Below, piece after piece: positions 36,864 through 50,448 of a stretch of DNA of 64,000 nt. The first letter of the stretch is position 1, and the number at the start of each line of letters is the position of its first letter. The notes beneath the pieces are model-generated. The model was not told the origin of the DNA and made no database searches. It saw only the letters and a list, made by a program, of their open reading frames with translations. Where the stretch lies: assembly GCF_009834535.1 (NCBI RefSeq), contig NC_045697.1, positions 22,384,001-22,448,000 of the forward strand. Direction: 5' to 3'. The position numbers and the translations under genes are program-made. This stretch comes from Camelus ferus. Its lineage: Eukaryota.

Positions 36864-36929
36864 AATGACTCTTATTTTATGTGGAAGAGTAAATAAGGGT
36901 AGAAAGAATGGGATGAAAAGGAGTGAGAA

Positions 36930-37400
36930 AGCCAGGTGGGACCATTGGACAGTTGACTGGGGAATGAATTTCCTCACATCGGACAATGTCCAGAGGGATT
37001 GCTGAAGAAGGATTATTCCATTTTCCAACACTCAAAGGGACGTCAAGTTCCCAGGGACAGTGGGGAGGGGAGAAACCAAACTATTTATGTTAAGTCAAGT
37101 TAGTGGGGTTTTTGTCCAAATTGGTCAGTAGGGACAAATAGTTCAGCTAATCATTTATGATTCAAAGAATGGAAATTTAGGTCTGCGTCTGGTCCTGTTA
37201 CAGGTAAACAGTTGGAATATCTGTGAGTTCCTCAGTCATATGGGAAAAGATGTTCTATCCAGTAAGCTGTCTCCTGAAATACAAATGCTGGGAAGATTTC
37301 TTAATCATTGCTGTTTTCCAGGTAAAGGCTGTTACCAACCTTCAGGTAAAGTACGACATTGCGTGTCCTCTAGTTTCCAGGACTCTGAGTTAGAAACTGT
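36930..37400 (-). mobile_element. Probable old ERV LTR fragment (family not assigned)
   Basis: ttcagctaatcatttatga..aaagaatggaaattt..tctgcgtctggtcctgttacaggtaaaca resembles recalled ERV1 LTR sequence. Confidence 0.35.
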
Positions 37401-38649
37401 CCCCTCATCATTTAAAGATGAGTTTTCTACTCAACTTGATGATTTTTCAGCTGATGTAATTATTGTTTGCCCTGCTTTCTGTTTTTGTTTGTAACCATCT
37501 GATTTTTCCCTCCTGAGCCTTCTCTGTGAACTATTTTCACCATTTGCTCTAAGTTTCTCTGTGAACAGCATTTAGATTTTTCAACAGGAATTGTTAACTC
37601 ATTTATACACTGCATAATAAGTAATCTGTTTCCATTCTGTCAGCATTGCACATTTATGACTCTTTTCCCATTTTTTATGCAGGGCCATTATTTTTATTTC
37701 AATAAGCTTTTTTTTCCCCTGAATTATTGGGAAAACATACTTTACATTTTAGATTGTTTTTGGTAGAAATATAGGTAAAACTTATTTTGCTATCATTTGA
37801 CCTGGTTTTTCTTCCCACCTAAACAACATTTAAAAAAGTACTTAACGGAGTTAAGTCACCAAACCTGTCTAGTTGGTGGTCAGTTGGTAGATTTCTCTGG
37901 GCTTGTAATAAACTCCTCCAAATCAGCTAAATGCTAGTCTTCCTTCACTTGATATTAAAAAAAACTTAAAAAATATTATTTCCATTCCACTTCTTGTTCA
38001 TAAAATAATAATTACAAATGAATTATATGTATCTGTTACTAGTTTTCTAGATTTTTAATTCTCTGATTTTAAAATTCATAGTAGTGTTATTATTGTGTAT
38101 TATGGAAATACTACATAGTATCTTTATAATAAATCTGATTCAATTTTTGTGTGATGTAGTTATGATTATAGTCATTTTGTTACCTTTTTGAGGAGATGAT
38201 TCAGCATGGTTAGACTGAATTTATTTTTTTTTAATTTCTTGTTTGCTCTTGATCATAATAAAATAGACACCCTACGACCTCAACACAAAGGAACCGTTTA
38301 GTTTTCACATGTCCTTTTACTTCCTCTTTAATGTAATGACAGAATAACTTAAAGCAGTTTGTAATGATTTTTACTATAAACACGATAGTTTATATCACAT
38401 ATGAGTCCATACATATATGTTCAGACAGACATAGATCTAAGTAAATGAAAAAAAAGTATGAAAAAATGTATATAAAATCTGCAAAGCCATCAGATATTTT
38501 TGTTCTGTTCTCTTTAATCTCATGTTTTTTTAAATGCTGCCATGACACTATGCATTTGTTGCAAGATCCAGCATTTAGAGATATTCTGCTGCTTAAAATG
38601 TACTGAATGAGATTATAGTGAGCTGTTTTCAGCACTCTGACTGAGAAAG

Positions 38650-38870
38650 TCTAATTGTTAAAATGTCTGGAGACCTGAGCTGGCATTGCCCGCTCTTGCT
38701 GGGGGCACACGGAGAAGGGGCTGCCGCTAGCCCTCTGCTGGGTCTCAGGAGGAGGCTTCGGTCTCCCATTTTAGCTAGTCCTCTGTGCTCACTGAGTTCC
38801 CTGGGCTAAAATGAGCATGCAGATTGAGCAGATGAAGAAGCCACTCACATCCTCCCTCGTCCTTAATAAC
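38650..38870 (+). mobile_element. MIR3-like fragment
   Basis: tctggagacctgag..tcctctgtgctcactgagttcc..ctaaaatgag..gattgagcagatga. Confidence 0.4.
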
Positions 38871-41800
38871 ATTTTCTAGGTAAATTCCCATTAGGCATTG
38901 CTCCGGGGAATCCTCTTAGAGCTTAAGGAAGGGATGGGTCTGCTCCTAAGTAGATTAGGTACACATAGAAGGATCACCAGGAAACAAACACAAAGAAACT
39001 TCCAGCATGGAATCAGTATTCACTCTTCCAGCGCAAATTCATAGACACCTTTAGCAGTTGTCAGGAAGTGTAATTAATGAGTTTCAATCAGCGTTATTTT
39101 AAATGAATTAGAAGAGAAAATTCCAGACAGCATTACACATAGTACTGTTTCAGAAGACTTTTTGTCACTGTGTGTGCGTGTTTATGTACCTAAGATCATG
39201 ATATAAAACGATGTCCTCATTCTACATAGGGAGAATCAAAGTTTGAAAGCGCCTGCCTCCTGAGATATGGTGTAGAAACTTTAAGACCAGCTTGCTTCAG
39301 AAAAATATTTATGATACTGTTTTTCTCTATCCTGCAAATGGGAAAAATCATCACGTGGCTAGAGCCAGAGGAATTCATATCTACTCTTGGATATTTTCTG
39401 CCAAATCCTGCTTCTTGAATCATTTACATTTTTGCTAAAGCATCATTTGTTTCCTTAGCTTTCTTCCCTAAATCTGATGGCTGACATTCTGTTTCAGTCT
39501 TTTTGTTGTCAGCCAATCTTTTATCTCCAGCCTCAAAAAGTTCATGTTTTGTTTAACTTCATGGGAGTCTCTAAGGAGATACTACAGAAAAATTCTCTCT
39601 CCCAAGTAACTGTGTTCTTTTCCTTCTATTATGCTATCTCAGCTCTTTTTCTGTATTGATTTTTTTCCCTTTATTCCCTCCTCCCCCCATAACCCACTCT
39701 TGAACATAATGGGATCTATCCCATTACTCTATTACCTGCCAAATGCCATAAGTGACTTTCCCTTGACTCCTTTAAACATTTACCCAGATGGTGTTAGATC
39801 TTTCATATAAGATCAAAAACTGGAGAACTAATGGATGTAGGTCAGTGTTAGCACCTCAGAGATCACAGCCAGAAGAGACGAGGAAGAGAGCTGTGGAAAG
39901 GTCATCTCTTACGAGGAAAAGGTGTATGTTGATATTATGTCCTTTTAGGTTTGTTTCTCTCCTATACTTTACTAAGCAGAAGTTTACAAGAGATCTGTAA
40001 AGTGGATGCTGTATTTTTCTAACAATTTTTTTTTCTCATGAAAGTTTTTTTTTCTAGTTTCTTTCTTGTTTTCAAATTTTAACATCTGCTTTTATCATTT
40101 CTGGGAGTGGGGAATTATGTTAATAATACATGTGTTAAAACTACTATTTTCTGGAAATGATCATCTTACCTTCAATATGTGTGTACTTATGTTTGAGTAA
40201 AATGTATGAGTACGATGTTCTTTCTAGGACTTTATGAGTGCCTCCAGAATGTTTTTGAATAGAAACACATAAAAAAGAAGATACATAAATATGCCCATAT
40301 ATATTTTGCATACATTTATATGTATTTTTTCTTTTGAAGAAACCAAAAGTATCTCTACCTCCAGACCACTTTACCGAGAGAAGAAAAGGCTCATAAGGGT
40401 GAAGGTCATGAAGAATCAAGGCTTTTTGGACCAAACGAAGGAGAGAAGGTGAGAGAAAGCAAAGGTCACTGCAGTCGCGATGCTTTTCATTAGCTCTGGA
40501 GCACATTTTTAATCTGGTAAATTTCAGGATCAGGCCATCTTTCTATCATAGAGTTTAGTCTGGATTTCAGCATCACAATATTCACATACTTAACCTTTAT
40601 TTATGAGGACAGTTTCAGAGGATGGTCTTTTCCAGCCTCTCAGTTGTCCCTGTTAAATGTCAATTTGGGTTTAAAGCTGCCATCGTGGGAGGCCACTAGA
40701 GAAGCCAAATTTCTTTTCTGGAGACGTTGTAACGCTGTAGCTTTCACTGCAGCTCACAAATGCAGTGCCCACTGATCTGAAATTTAGATCCACAAAGGGC
40801 AACCTAAACTTAGCCTGTAGAAACATGTTTTCAATTCACATTCCTTTACAACACAGCCATACATAAAACCGAGAGCTTGTGGTTTAGTGGGAGAATTTGG
40901 ATTTACTTCTCTATATTTGAGAATTTGAAATCAAAGGTAGTATTTTTCTCTTTTGACATCTGTATAAATGTCTCAAAAATGAAAATAAGGTAGTAAAACA
41001 TGTTACCTGCCACAGAATTATGACTGTATTTCCCCGAGATTTTGTTTTTCCTTTCCAATCCCAAACCCAGTCTCTGAAAGATATCAGAGACTATTTTGAA
41101 AGAAGTTAATAGGTTAGGTCATGTATGATACACTTCAGTATCTTTACCTCTCAGATCAATGAGTTAAGTCTTGTTTTGTGAAGCATTTGCTCAGCTAACG
41201 TTTGGGTACCATTCAACCTTCCCATCTTCCTACCTTTGCCTCCCCTTTTCTCTCAAACTACTTTACATAGATAAGCACACTTGGTAGGTGTGACTTTTAC
41301 CATTATAATAGTTGGAATATTCTTGTTTGTGTAGGTTTTCCATTTCCCTTTAATTTGGATAGCACTGGTGTTTGTTCATACTATTTGTGAAGAGATCACA
41401 TGAGGGTTGAGTAAATTAAAACTTACTTTGTGGAGAATTTTAGGGAACTCCCTATTCAGGAAAGCAGAAAAAGTAGAGGTGAGTTGGTAATGAAATGAAG
41501 TTGTTTTCTTTGGTTGCACACCTTGGTGTTTAGAAATCACCTTGAGTAGGGAAAAACCATGAGCCAACGATAAGGAAGACACCTTCAATACATCATCTTG
41601 TGATAATAATCAGGGAGCCAATGAGTATGAAGAAACAAAGCAAATACAGTATTCTCAACTGAACACCATTTACTTTACTACAAAGTATGCTATTACTGTT
41701 TATGGGAGGCATAAAATAATCTATTTAAATGATATCTTCATAAATTTTATGTGTACATGAAGTTTCATGCATTTTTAACTAGCAGAACCTATAAATATAT

Positions 41801-41911
41801 GACTGGGCAGAGTCACCATAAGCCAAACGATGTCTGTGCCGTGTGCTACCAGGAGGAAAAGATATGAGGTGCATATCATATTTTGTATTTGTTTCCACAA
41901 ATTTGGGTGTT

Positions 41912-42480
41912 TAAAGCCCTTCACTGACTTCCCATTGCTCTCAGAATAAAAATGCCAAACTTCAAGTATATATAAAAGGCCCTGCACAGCCTGGTCCCTG
42001 TCTCCCTACATGTCCAGTCGTAGACTGTGTTGTTTTCCTCCTCAGTCTTTTCCTTGTTCTGACCATGGCCAGTTCTTCAGCTCCTGCAACGCACCGGTTT
42101 TTCCCTCTAGACCTTTAGATGTGTGTCACAGGTATCCTCTCCTCTACCTTCACCACTCCCTTCATGACCCACCCCTCTGTTTGCTCCTAATGCATCCTTC
42201 AGTTTTAGCCAAAGATGATGGGTTCCTTGAGATCCTCTGTGAATTCCAGCCTAAACTGAAATTTAGACTTCCCAGAAATAGTCTTTCTTAGCCTTCTACC
42301 TTTCATATGGTGGCACTTAAATATATGTTTATGTGTAATATTTTGTGCTGAAATTATTATTGACTACTGGGGAGTAAATCCCTCAAGGGCAAGAATCCTG
42401 TCTCTTTTGCTCACCAATTTTTCATTTAGTGCTTCACCTAGTAGGTAGTACAGAAAAAGGAGCCTATGTTTGCATTAACT
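41912..42480 (+). mobile_element. L2 3' region
   Basis: cttcccattgctctcagaataaaaatgccaaact..aaaggccctgca..agtaaatccctcaagggcaagaatcctgtct..cacctagtaggta. Confidence 0.75.
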
Positions 42481-42817
42481 AAGCAACAATTGAACCACAC
42501 TTGAACTATTTAAGTGATTAGTTAGAAACACTTTGGAAGCCTGAAATTTGTGAAGGTCCAGATAACAAAGGGAGCAGAGGGACCCCTAGACATGGTTGAA
42601 CTAAAGCTGTTTGGCCAGAAACAATGGGCAGCTTGGAGGGGCAGGGCTCTTGCGATGTGCACAAGATACCCGACTTCCGAAAGTTCACCTGCTGGACTGC
42701 ATGGCTGGCAAAGACAACGCTGTACAAACATTGCCCGGAGTGGAATGCAGGCTGAAATGTGTGAGGACACTCCCGAAGAAGAAAATGTAGGTAGTTTCTA
42801 TGGCTTTTCTTTTTAAT

Positions 42818-42861
42818 GGAAGAAGAAGAGGAAGAAGAGGGTGGAGGAGGAGGAGGAGGGG
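42818..42861. repeat. (GAA/GGA)n purine tract
   Basis: ggaagaagaagaggaagaagagggtggaggaggaggaggagggg. Confidence 0.85.
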
Positions 42862-43474
42862 AATGAAAACGAACAGGGTCAGGTCCTTCCCTGACATAAA
42901 GGGATCGAGCCAATTTCTGTGTCTCCTCTGCTCTTTGTATGTGCTGCTCCAGCTTCATACATGGCTCTACATTGTAATTTATCTGTTTACATCTTTTTTT
43001 TTTTCTCTACTAAGCTCCAAGTTCCTTTGAGTATAAGAGTTTACGTGTGTGTGTGTGTGTATCAATGAATTCATTAATTTAAATAAGTGCTTTACAAACT
43101 CCAACTTAAAAAGCATTAATGACCCCCACATTTCTGAGGGCAAGAAAGAATCAAAAACTATGGGACGACGCATAAAGCCCTGATACGTTTGGTAACTGCT
43201 GACCTCCTCTCCTCTTCTCCCTCCATTTCCCCAAAAGCACCATGAGCATCACCAGCCAAACTAAGCTTGCTTTTCCCTGCGTGTACTTCTTACTTGGGGC
43301 GTCTTTGCACTGGATACTTCCCCTCCCCGGCAGACTCTCCTTGCCTTTGACTGCATTTTCAGTTCTTTATTCCCCCTTTAAAACTTAGTTTACTTGGAAC
43401 CTCCATTGTGAAGTCTTCTCTGCCTTCTGCCCCTGGCCCCTGTGGACTTGAGACGCTCTGCACCCGACAGAGGC

Positions 43475-44222
43475 TGGTAGAATGGTACCAACGGCACAGA
43501 TGTTAAAGGAGAGCAGTCACTATTTGATTCCAATTTGGTTACTGTTATAACTGTGGAAACGTGAGCAAGTTACTTGGGTTCTGTAAGTTTCAAATTTCTC
43601 TGTGAAGTGGGGAATATAATGGTGCAGAGTTTTCAAGTTTAAGGGGATGACGTATACGGTTTAAATAGGTTCTTTGTTATTTTCAGAAGTTATATTTTTA
43701 ATTGGGAGGAGGTAGTCATCTTTAAATCTTAATTTCCTTTGAAGAGGTAGTTTGTCATCTGCATCCTCATCCTGTTCTTTCCTTTGTAATAATGGTGGTG
43801 CTAAAAATATGGCAATACATCTTTAAGCAGCACTCACAAAGTAGCAGGCATTATGCTAAGTGGTTTACCTGTGGTACCTCATACAACCCTGTCAGTAAGT
43901 TCTGTTATTCTATAAGAGGAAACTGAGTCACAGAGATGTTAAGCCCTGGTCCAAAGTCACAAATCTTATATGTGTGGTGCTGGGTTTTGGCCCTAAGAAG
44001 TCTGGTTGCCGAGTCTGTGCTCTGAATCACTAATTTGCTCTCTGCCTTTGCTGTCAGTCTGTTATTAGACTCCAACAGTCCTGGATAGCAATTTCACTCC
44101 TCTAAGGCTCAGTTTTCTCATCTGTGAAATGGGGGAAATAAAAATGGTTGAGGTAATGGAGAGGATCAAAACAAATAATGAATGATAAGCACATGAGTGC
44201 TAAGCACATGGTAGGAAATCAA
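43475..44222. mobile_element. Cluster of three MIR copies (+ 43475-43650, - 43790-44032, + 44085-44222)
   Basis: gtgagcaagttactt..aatttctctgtgaagtggggaat; gaggaaactgagtcacagagatgttaag..ccaaagtcaca; ggctcagttttctcatctgtgaaatggggga. Confidence 0.8.
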
Positions 44223-45068
44223 GGGTAAACAAGTTGACTTTTTCTGATTAGCTGTAGGTAACATACAGTATATGTATATGTTAGTTCAAACCAACTTTAT
44301 ATGTAACTCGGATTCCTCACAACACATATTAGTAGTTGAAGGTGAGGGTACTTTTCCATTTCCAGATTTATTTACAGTCATGCCACCTCCCTGTCTTTCA
44401 TATACTGGAAACACTCATGACACTTTCCACAAAATGCCCCCTGATATCATTCTTGTACCTTCATTCTGGCTGTTTTCTCTGTTTCGAATTCTCCCTGCAC
44501 TCTTCAATGACTTAAACATTACTCAACCTCTAGGCCTGAAATTTCCTCACCCCTTCTGGGAGTGCTTTCCCAAGCAGTTCAGCCCCCTCAGAGCACACAT
44601 TGCCTTTGCTTAATTAAGATGCCGTGCTTGGATTTCTGCTTTTCTTATCTTAGATAAAGATCTTCATTTTAGAGTAGCCGTGTCTTATCCATCTAGGTAA
44701 CCCATATACCATCACATGACACAGGACAAGTGTTTAAAGAGGGACAATTTGGTGTTTGAACCTGACCTTTCCACTGTCTCTGTGGGTAAGGACTAATGAA
44801 AATAATTTCATAAATGGACTTTTTCCTCTATAGTTTAATTTTGCTGTCTAACTAAAATTCCTAGGCTTATTATTATTTCCATTTAAAAAGTGTAACAGTT
44901 GTTTGAGGAATGCAAGAAATTTCATGTGAATAAGCTGACTGATTTAAAGGTATTGTTTTACAAATTTGCTCTCTGCATTACTTCTAGAGTACTCTACCGT
45001 TAAAACACATTTACACACAGGGAACCATATTTAATATTTTGTAATTATCTTTAATGAAAAAGGATGTG

Positions 45069-45166
45069 AAAACTAATATATGTATATATATGCATGACTG
45101 GGACATTGTGCTATACACCAGAAACTGACACATTGTAACTGACTATACTTCAATTAAAAGAAAAAG
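45069..45166 (+). mobile_element. Camelid L1 extreme 3' end
   Basis: tatatgcatgactgggacattgtgctatacaccagaaactgacacattgtaactgactatacttcaattaaaa. Confidence 0.9.
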
Positions 45167-45601
45167 ACACATTTATAAGTCCTGGCTAATTCCCATGTGG
45201 AATTAAGTGAGAATGAGTAGTATGCTGTCTTTGGCAATTGTTGATTCTCAGAATTAGAACTCACCTCCAAGCTTGTGCTGTACTTATAATCTTATAATTT
45301 CCCTAAGACTCCATATTTTTTCTTGAACTCAACAGATCTTCTATTATAATCACATTTAAACTTCAAAGGGAATCTCTTTCATCTCAGTCAACATCCAGAA
45401 GCCTTGTAAAAATGTATTATTTGTTTGTCAAGATGGAGTGATTTTAAAATGTACTGTTACATCACACATCAATAGATGATTCAGAAAGAAAAAGTAAAAG
45501 TTGTTTGAGAGAGGAGATATTACCTGATTTGATTTTTATAAAATGATCGAAGGAAACTCATATTAAAAATAATATTTAAAATCCATCTCTAAAAATTCTT
45601 C

Positions 45602-45768
45602 TTTTAATTGAAGTATAGTCCATTTACAATGAGTCATTTTCTGGTATACAGCATAATGTTTGTCATACATGAATATACATATATTCATTTTCATATTCTC
45701 TTTCGCCATAAGTTATTACAAGATACTGAATATAGTTCCCTGTGCTATATTGAAGAAACCTGTTGTTT
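45602..45768 (-). mobile_element. Camelid L1 3' end
   Basis: ttttaattgaagtatagtc..tttctggtatacagcataatgtt..caagatactgaatatagttccctgtgctata. Confidence 0.9.
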
Positions 45769-47204
45769 AAAAGCTTTATTTTTAAAGCAATTTCATCTGA
45801 GAATAAGAACTCCTCACATTAAGAGAATGCATTAAAATACTGTTTACTGGAAGCCTGCAGTCTGTTTAGAGCTAGGCTTCCGCTGGTTGCAATGAGGTCC
45901 AGTTGCTGCACCTGTAATAATGATTTGTCTTTACGCAGCCACCCATTGTCTTTGAAGTCAGGTAATAGCTGCAAATCAAATGGCATATTCTCATTCCCTG
46001 TCACATCTCCTGCTCCTTAAGCATTAGGGTAAACAGATGTGGCTTCACTAAAGCTGTTGTCAGCGATACACTACTTTCAGTGACCATAAATCTTTCCATT
46101 AATGATATTAAGGAACAGAATTGGTCTTTTACACTTTCTTCTCCCTCCGCTCTACTTTAAGGCGATGGCTTTATAAACAAACACTTCAGTTGTGCAAGGT
46201 ATGACATGGTGTGAAATAAGCTTGGTCCATTAGTATGTTGTGAGGTTGGGGCTGAGAAAAGTAAAAGGAAATAATGTGATTGGCACAGGAAGGGAAAGAA
46301 TGCTTTGTACAACATAAGCAAACTAACAAAAGGCAGAATGGCTTAGTTTTATTTAGAAAAACCTCTACGTGTTCCTACATTTATTAAAAAGTGACCCTCT
46401 TGAACTCATTCTGAGTGGTATTAAAATGCCGACGGGGAGACCAGAAGGAAGAGTCTGACAAAACGTTTTTCCATCAGCGGTGATGTTTTCCATTTATTTT
46501 ACTCGAGATGAAAAAGAATAAGGGAACGGGAGAACTTGCTGCTTGTCATTTCAATAGCAAACAAACACCTACCTAATAACACCTCCGAGGACGTTGTTGG
46601 GAATTTATTTTTTATAAGCTCTCATGCCGTGAGGGGGAAAATGTTGGTTTACCTTGATAAATGGAATTTAAACCCCTTAATATCTCTTTGATATAATAAA
46701 ACAAGGAAGGGGTGGAATGTTGTTTCTTAAGGTTTGGCCCCACAGAAAAAGTAATGAAAATATGTGTAAGAACTTTGACTTAAAGTTGAACCACTTCCTT
46801 GGCTTTTCAAAGCTTTCACACTTTTCAAGATGGGTTTTGTGATTCCCCTCCCCTTCTTCCCCGTCCCTCCTCCTCCTTCTTTTCCTTCCTCTCCTTTTTA
46901 AAACAGAAGCTCACTTTTACAAAATTTTACAAAAATTTGAAGACCGTGTATTTTAGGGCTTTGAAAGACTAAAAATTTACTTATTTGGTCTTCCCTTTAT
47001 GTTTGCTCTGCTGGAACGTCTTCCCTGCCTTTGTCGTTTCCAGTTCCTGTTCCTTATTCAAGCTCAGCTGAAGAACTCTCCAGAGGCTTGGGAACGCGAT
47101 TCTGCTGTGAGCACACATTCCCATCAGAACACCTAACACAGAGGGGGAATTCTGTCTTCTTGTTGGTGTCACCCCCTCAGTGACAGCCTGGGAGCTGAGG
47201 CCAG

Positions 47205-47760
47205 AACTGGGACAATCATTTACATTTAAGATGAGGAGGAATGTAGTAACAGGGAGATGACAGAGGAGGACCAGGAAGGCGGCACCTGTTACGAGTTCAA
47301 AGGAGTAAAGAATTTAAAGAAGGAAGGGGTTGCAGCATCAAGTAATACAAAGAGTCTGAAGAATCAGAGCCGTGATTGACTATCACAATCGGGAGACCAC
47401 TCGTTCCTTTAGGGGAACAGTTATCTCTCTGATAAGGTGTGGAGTGAACATTGCAAAGTTTTAAAAATAAGTGCGGGAAAAAGGAGTGAGGCAATGAGGG
47501 CAAACTCTTCCCCCACAATATTTGGTGATGAGAGGAATATAGTGTGCAAGCTGGAGGGAGACACACTTACGAGGAAGGACAGCAAAAGTTTCTGCTGGGT
47601 GTGGACACTCAACATGCCACGAAAGATGGGGAAGGGACCCGTAAAAGGAAATGAGGCATCTATCAAAAGGGAAGGATAACTAAGGGAACAGGGAGAAGTG
47701 CTGGCTTTTGTGAGAAAGAAGGACATGCATTTCTCAGATTTGTGAGTCAACAGAAGGAGG
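47205..47760 (-). mobile_element. L2 internal/3' fragment
   Basis: Purine-rich decayed sequence: acatttaagatgaggagga..aaagaatttaaagaaggaagggg..gcaaactctt..tttggtgatgagagga. Confidence 0.45.
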
Positions 47761-48197
47761 GCTTACAGCGAAGCTGCTCTGAGCAGCAGAGGAAGGCCAA
47801 CCCTCTCACACACTTCTGTTAGTGACTGATTTCACGTGATCGGAGTAAGAACCCGAGGATGTGCATGGAAGTTCAAGGTGAGGATGAAGGAACTTCAGGG
47901 TGGCTTTTTGGTGGGGGGATTCTGGGAAACAGGTAGTAGGAAATTGACAGGCCACATGAACAGACTAGTCAATGTTAAAAAACAATTATTTGTAATCAAT
48001 TCAATCAGCAATATTTCTGAAAATTTCTAGCAACACCAGGTAACTTAGGAGAGAGACACGTATAAAGAAAATGAGGACTTCCTAGAGCTGGCAATTACCC
48101 CGAATGGTGATTCTAAAGTGTAGTGAACGCATTCTTCAAAAGGCTTCTCCGTAGATTTTGTGTGGTTGTGTTTTCATTGTCAGTAGTCTAAAGATAT

Positions 48198-48464
48198 TGG
48201 TTACCAGGGGGAAAATGGGGTGGGAAGGGATAAATTGGGAGTTTGAGATTTGCAGATACTAACTACTATATATAAAAGAGATAAATAACAAGTTTCTATT
48301 ATATGGCACAGGGAACTATATTCAATATCTTGTAGTAACCTATGATGAAAAATAATATGAAAAGGAATATATGTATGTATACATATGACTGAAACATTCT
48401 GCTGCACACCAGAAATTGACACAGCATTGTAAACAGACTATACTGAAAAAAAAAAAATAAAAAA
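48198..48464 (+). mobile_element. Camelid L1 3'UTR with poly-A
   Basis: tggttaccagggggaaa..gggataaattgggagtttgagatttgcagatactaactactatata..caccagaaattgacacagcattgtaaac..polyA. Confidence 0.92.
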
Positions 48465-48539
48465 GGCTTTTCATTGTATCATCTCGAGGCAGGGTGAGGC
48501 CCAGTACTGGGCAGGGCCTGAAATGGCCTGAGATCTTGA

Positions 48540-48760
48540 GTCTCACATTCTCATGGTTCATTCCAGGTGTGAACCTGTCCTGTGGTGCTTGGTAAAATTT
48601 CCCTGGCCCCCTCCGTGGATTTGCTAGTTCAGCAGGTCTGAGATGCAGCCCGTTTCTGCATTGTAATGAGTTCCCCACCTCCAGGTGATTCTGATGCAGA
48701 TGCCCTGAGTCATGTATTGAGAAATATTGTTTTAATCACACATTGAGAAATATTGGCCTA
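48540..48760. mobile_element. hAT-Charlie MITE (MER5A-like)
   Basis: ttcagcaggtctgagatgcagccc..tctgcattgtaatgagttcccc..ccaggtgattctgatgca..ttgagaaatattg; the terminal 14-mer attgagaaatattg is duplicated. Confidence 0.75.
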
Positions 48761-49574
48761 GGAGAATGGGGACTAGGTCAAGGGGCTACAGGTCATAGTG
48801 ATCATGAATGAGTTGGTGGTAATTAGCGAGTGGCTAAAGGAAAGGAGTTTTAAAAGCAAGGTTAATTTTCAAGAGTGGGCAGTGGAAATGAAACTAAGTC
48901 TTAAAAAGCTTATGATTCTATTTTAGAAGAGAGAGAAATTTCTTCTGCCCACCCCTCTGTATGGCTTGCTACCACCCAAGAGGGACCTGGGTAGGACTTC
49001 AGGGCAGTAAATTAGCCACATTCAGTAGTAGGTGGAGCGATATTGCAAGAAACTTTCAGACCCATGTGTATAGCATTATTGTTCTGCTTTCTCCTGCCAC
49101 GTGGCTGACAAAGTAAGGAAGAGACTGGGCGCCAATTCAAAGGTTTACCGAAGAGACCTGTGTGTGGAAGGAGGCAGTACTTAGTTAATAACAGCATTGT
49201 AGTTGTATTTACCATTTCTCATGACTCTTCTGTGTGCTGTTCTTCCTCTAGCAAACGGCATTAAAAAAGGAAAATCATGAATTTGAGCTTTCCTTGATCC
49301 CATAGCAAAATCCCATTTATTAAAATCCCAGACCACAACATGTACATCTATTAGAGGTCAAAGACTCTGGTAGTAATACAGATATAAGATGGCCCCCTTC
49401 TTATTATCATTTTTCTTGATCATTTTCTCTGAAAATAGTGCATTAGACAAGATAAAAGAAAGAAAACATAAAACACTGCACAGGGTGCCTTGCAGGCAGT
49501 TAGCACGTAGTAAATGGCTCTGTGGTCCTGTGGTAGGAAAGTTAGTGGGAACTCGTGTTGGTATTTCTTATATC

Positions 49575-49910
49575 CATTCTGGTAAAGGGAGGCCAGAACT
49601 GCTTGTAAAACCACTGAGTGTGGATAAAAGGTAGCTAGTTGATTTGGGGTTCTCTGACATACAGTCATTCATAGACATGGTGACAGAGGCTCTGTCACCC
49701 TTAACATGTAGCTTCTGAGGCTGTCTTGTCATCGGCACTTTACAAACAGGAGGGGAGGAGCAAGAGATTGGAAGGTCACGTGGGAGAATTTATGAGTTAA
49801 GACCGAAAGTGGTAAAAATCACCTCCATCCACATCCACATTCCATTAGCCAGAATTCAGGGACATGGCCACACCTCACTTAGGTACCCTGGGGAATATTG
49901 TGTCCAGGAG
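49575..49910 (-). mobile_element. MLT1J/K-like LTR fragment
   Basis: acagtcattca..gaaagtggtaaaaatcacctccatccacat..ccattagccagaattcag..acatggccacacct. Confidence 0.6.
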
Positions 49911-50189
49911 CTCTGGCCTTCTGGCTCTTCTGGAGAGGTCCACATAATTGTGAACGGCAGGAGGGAAGCAGGAGGCAAGGAAGGGTTTGACCCTTGTCAT
50001 AAAGCGGCAGCTACTCAGAAGGGAAGACTGCTCATCCTTGTAAGTGAAGCTGGGCTCTGTCCATGTCTTTTTTGGAGACGTTACGTCTCATTGGCTTTGT
50101 CTGAGTTTGTTGGCAGTGTTGTTTGTGTCCTCCTAGGAACCCTGGGGTTGGATTAGCTGTAGGGACTACTTTCCTTTCCTCGGTTCTGT

Positions 50190-50448
50190 AGAGAGGCCCT
50201 CCCACACTAGAATGTCTAACCCGACCCTTACGTGCTGTTCATTCCCTTTTCTCTGCTTATTTTCGTCATAGCGCTAACCAAAGTAGCCTTCTTTATTATG
50301 TCATTTTACTTGTTTCTGTCTCTTACAGTGGAATGGAAACCCCAGAATAGCAGCAACTTTCTGCTTGTTTACTGTTTTATTCCATCAACAAGAATAGTTT
50401 CCTCTTCTCAAATAGCCTTATCCTTTGGGTAAGTACAGGGTGAATGAG
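50190..50448 (+). mobile_element. L2 3' end
   Basis: gagaggccctccc..gaatggaaaccccagaatagcag..gtttactgttttattcca..gtgaatgagt. Confidence 0.55.

Noticed and set aside
42518..42958. Longest ORF (146 aa) with poly-Pro/poly-Ser
   Set aside because: The low-complexity peptide comes from the (GGA/GAA)n tract; no homology recognised
48138..48480. Possible split TSD around the L1 at 48198-48464 (aaaaggctt and ttttcattgt on both sides)
   Set aside because: The left copies are not adjacent to the insertion and are short; could be chance
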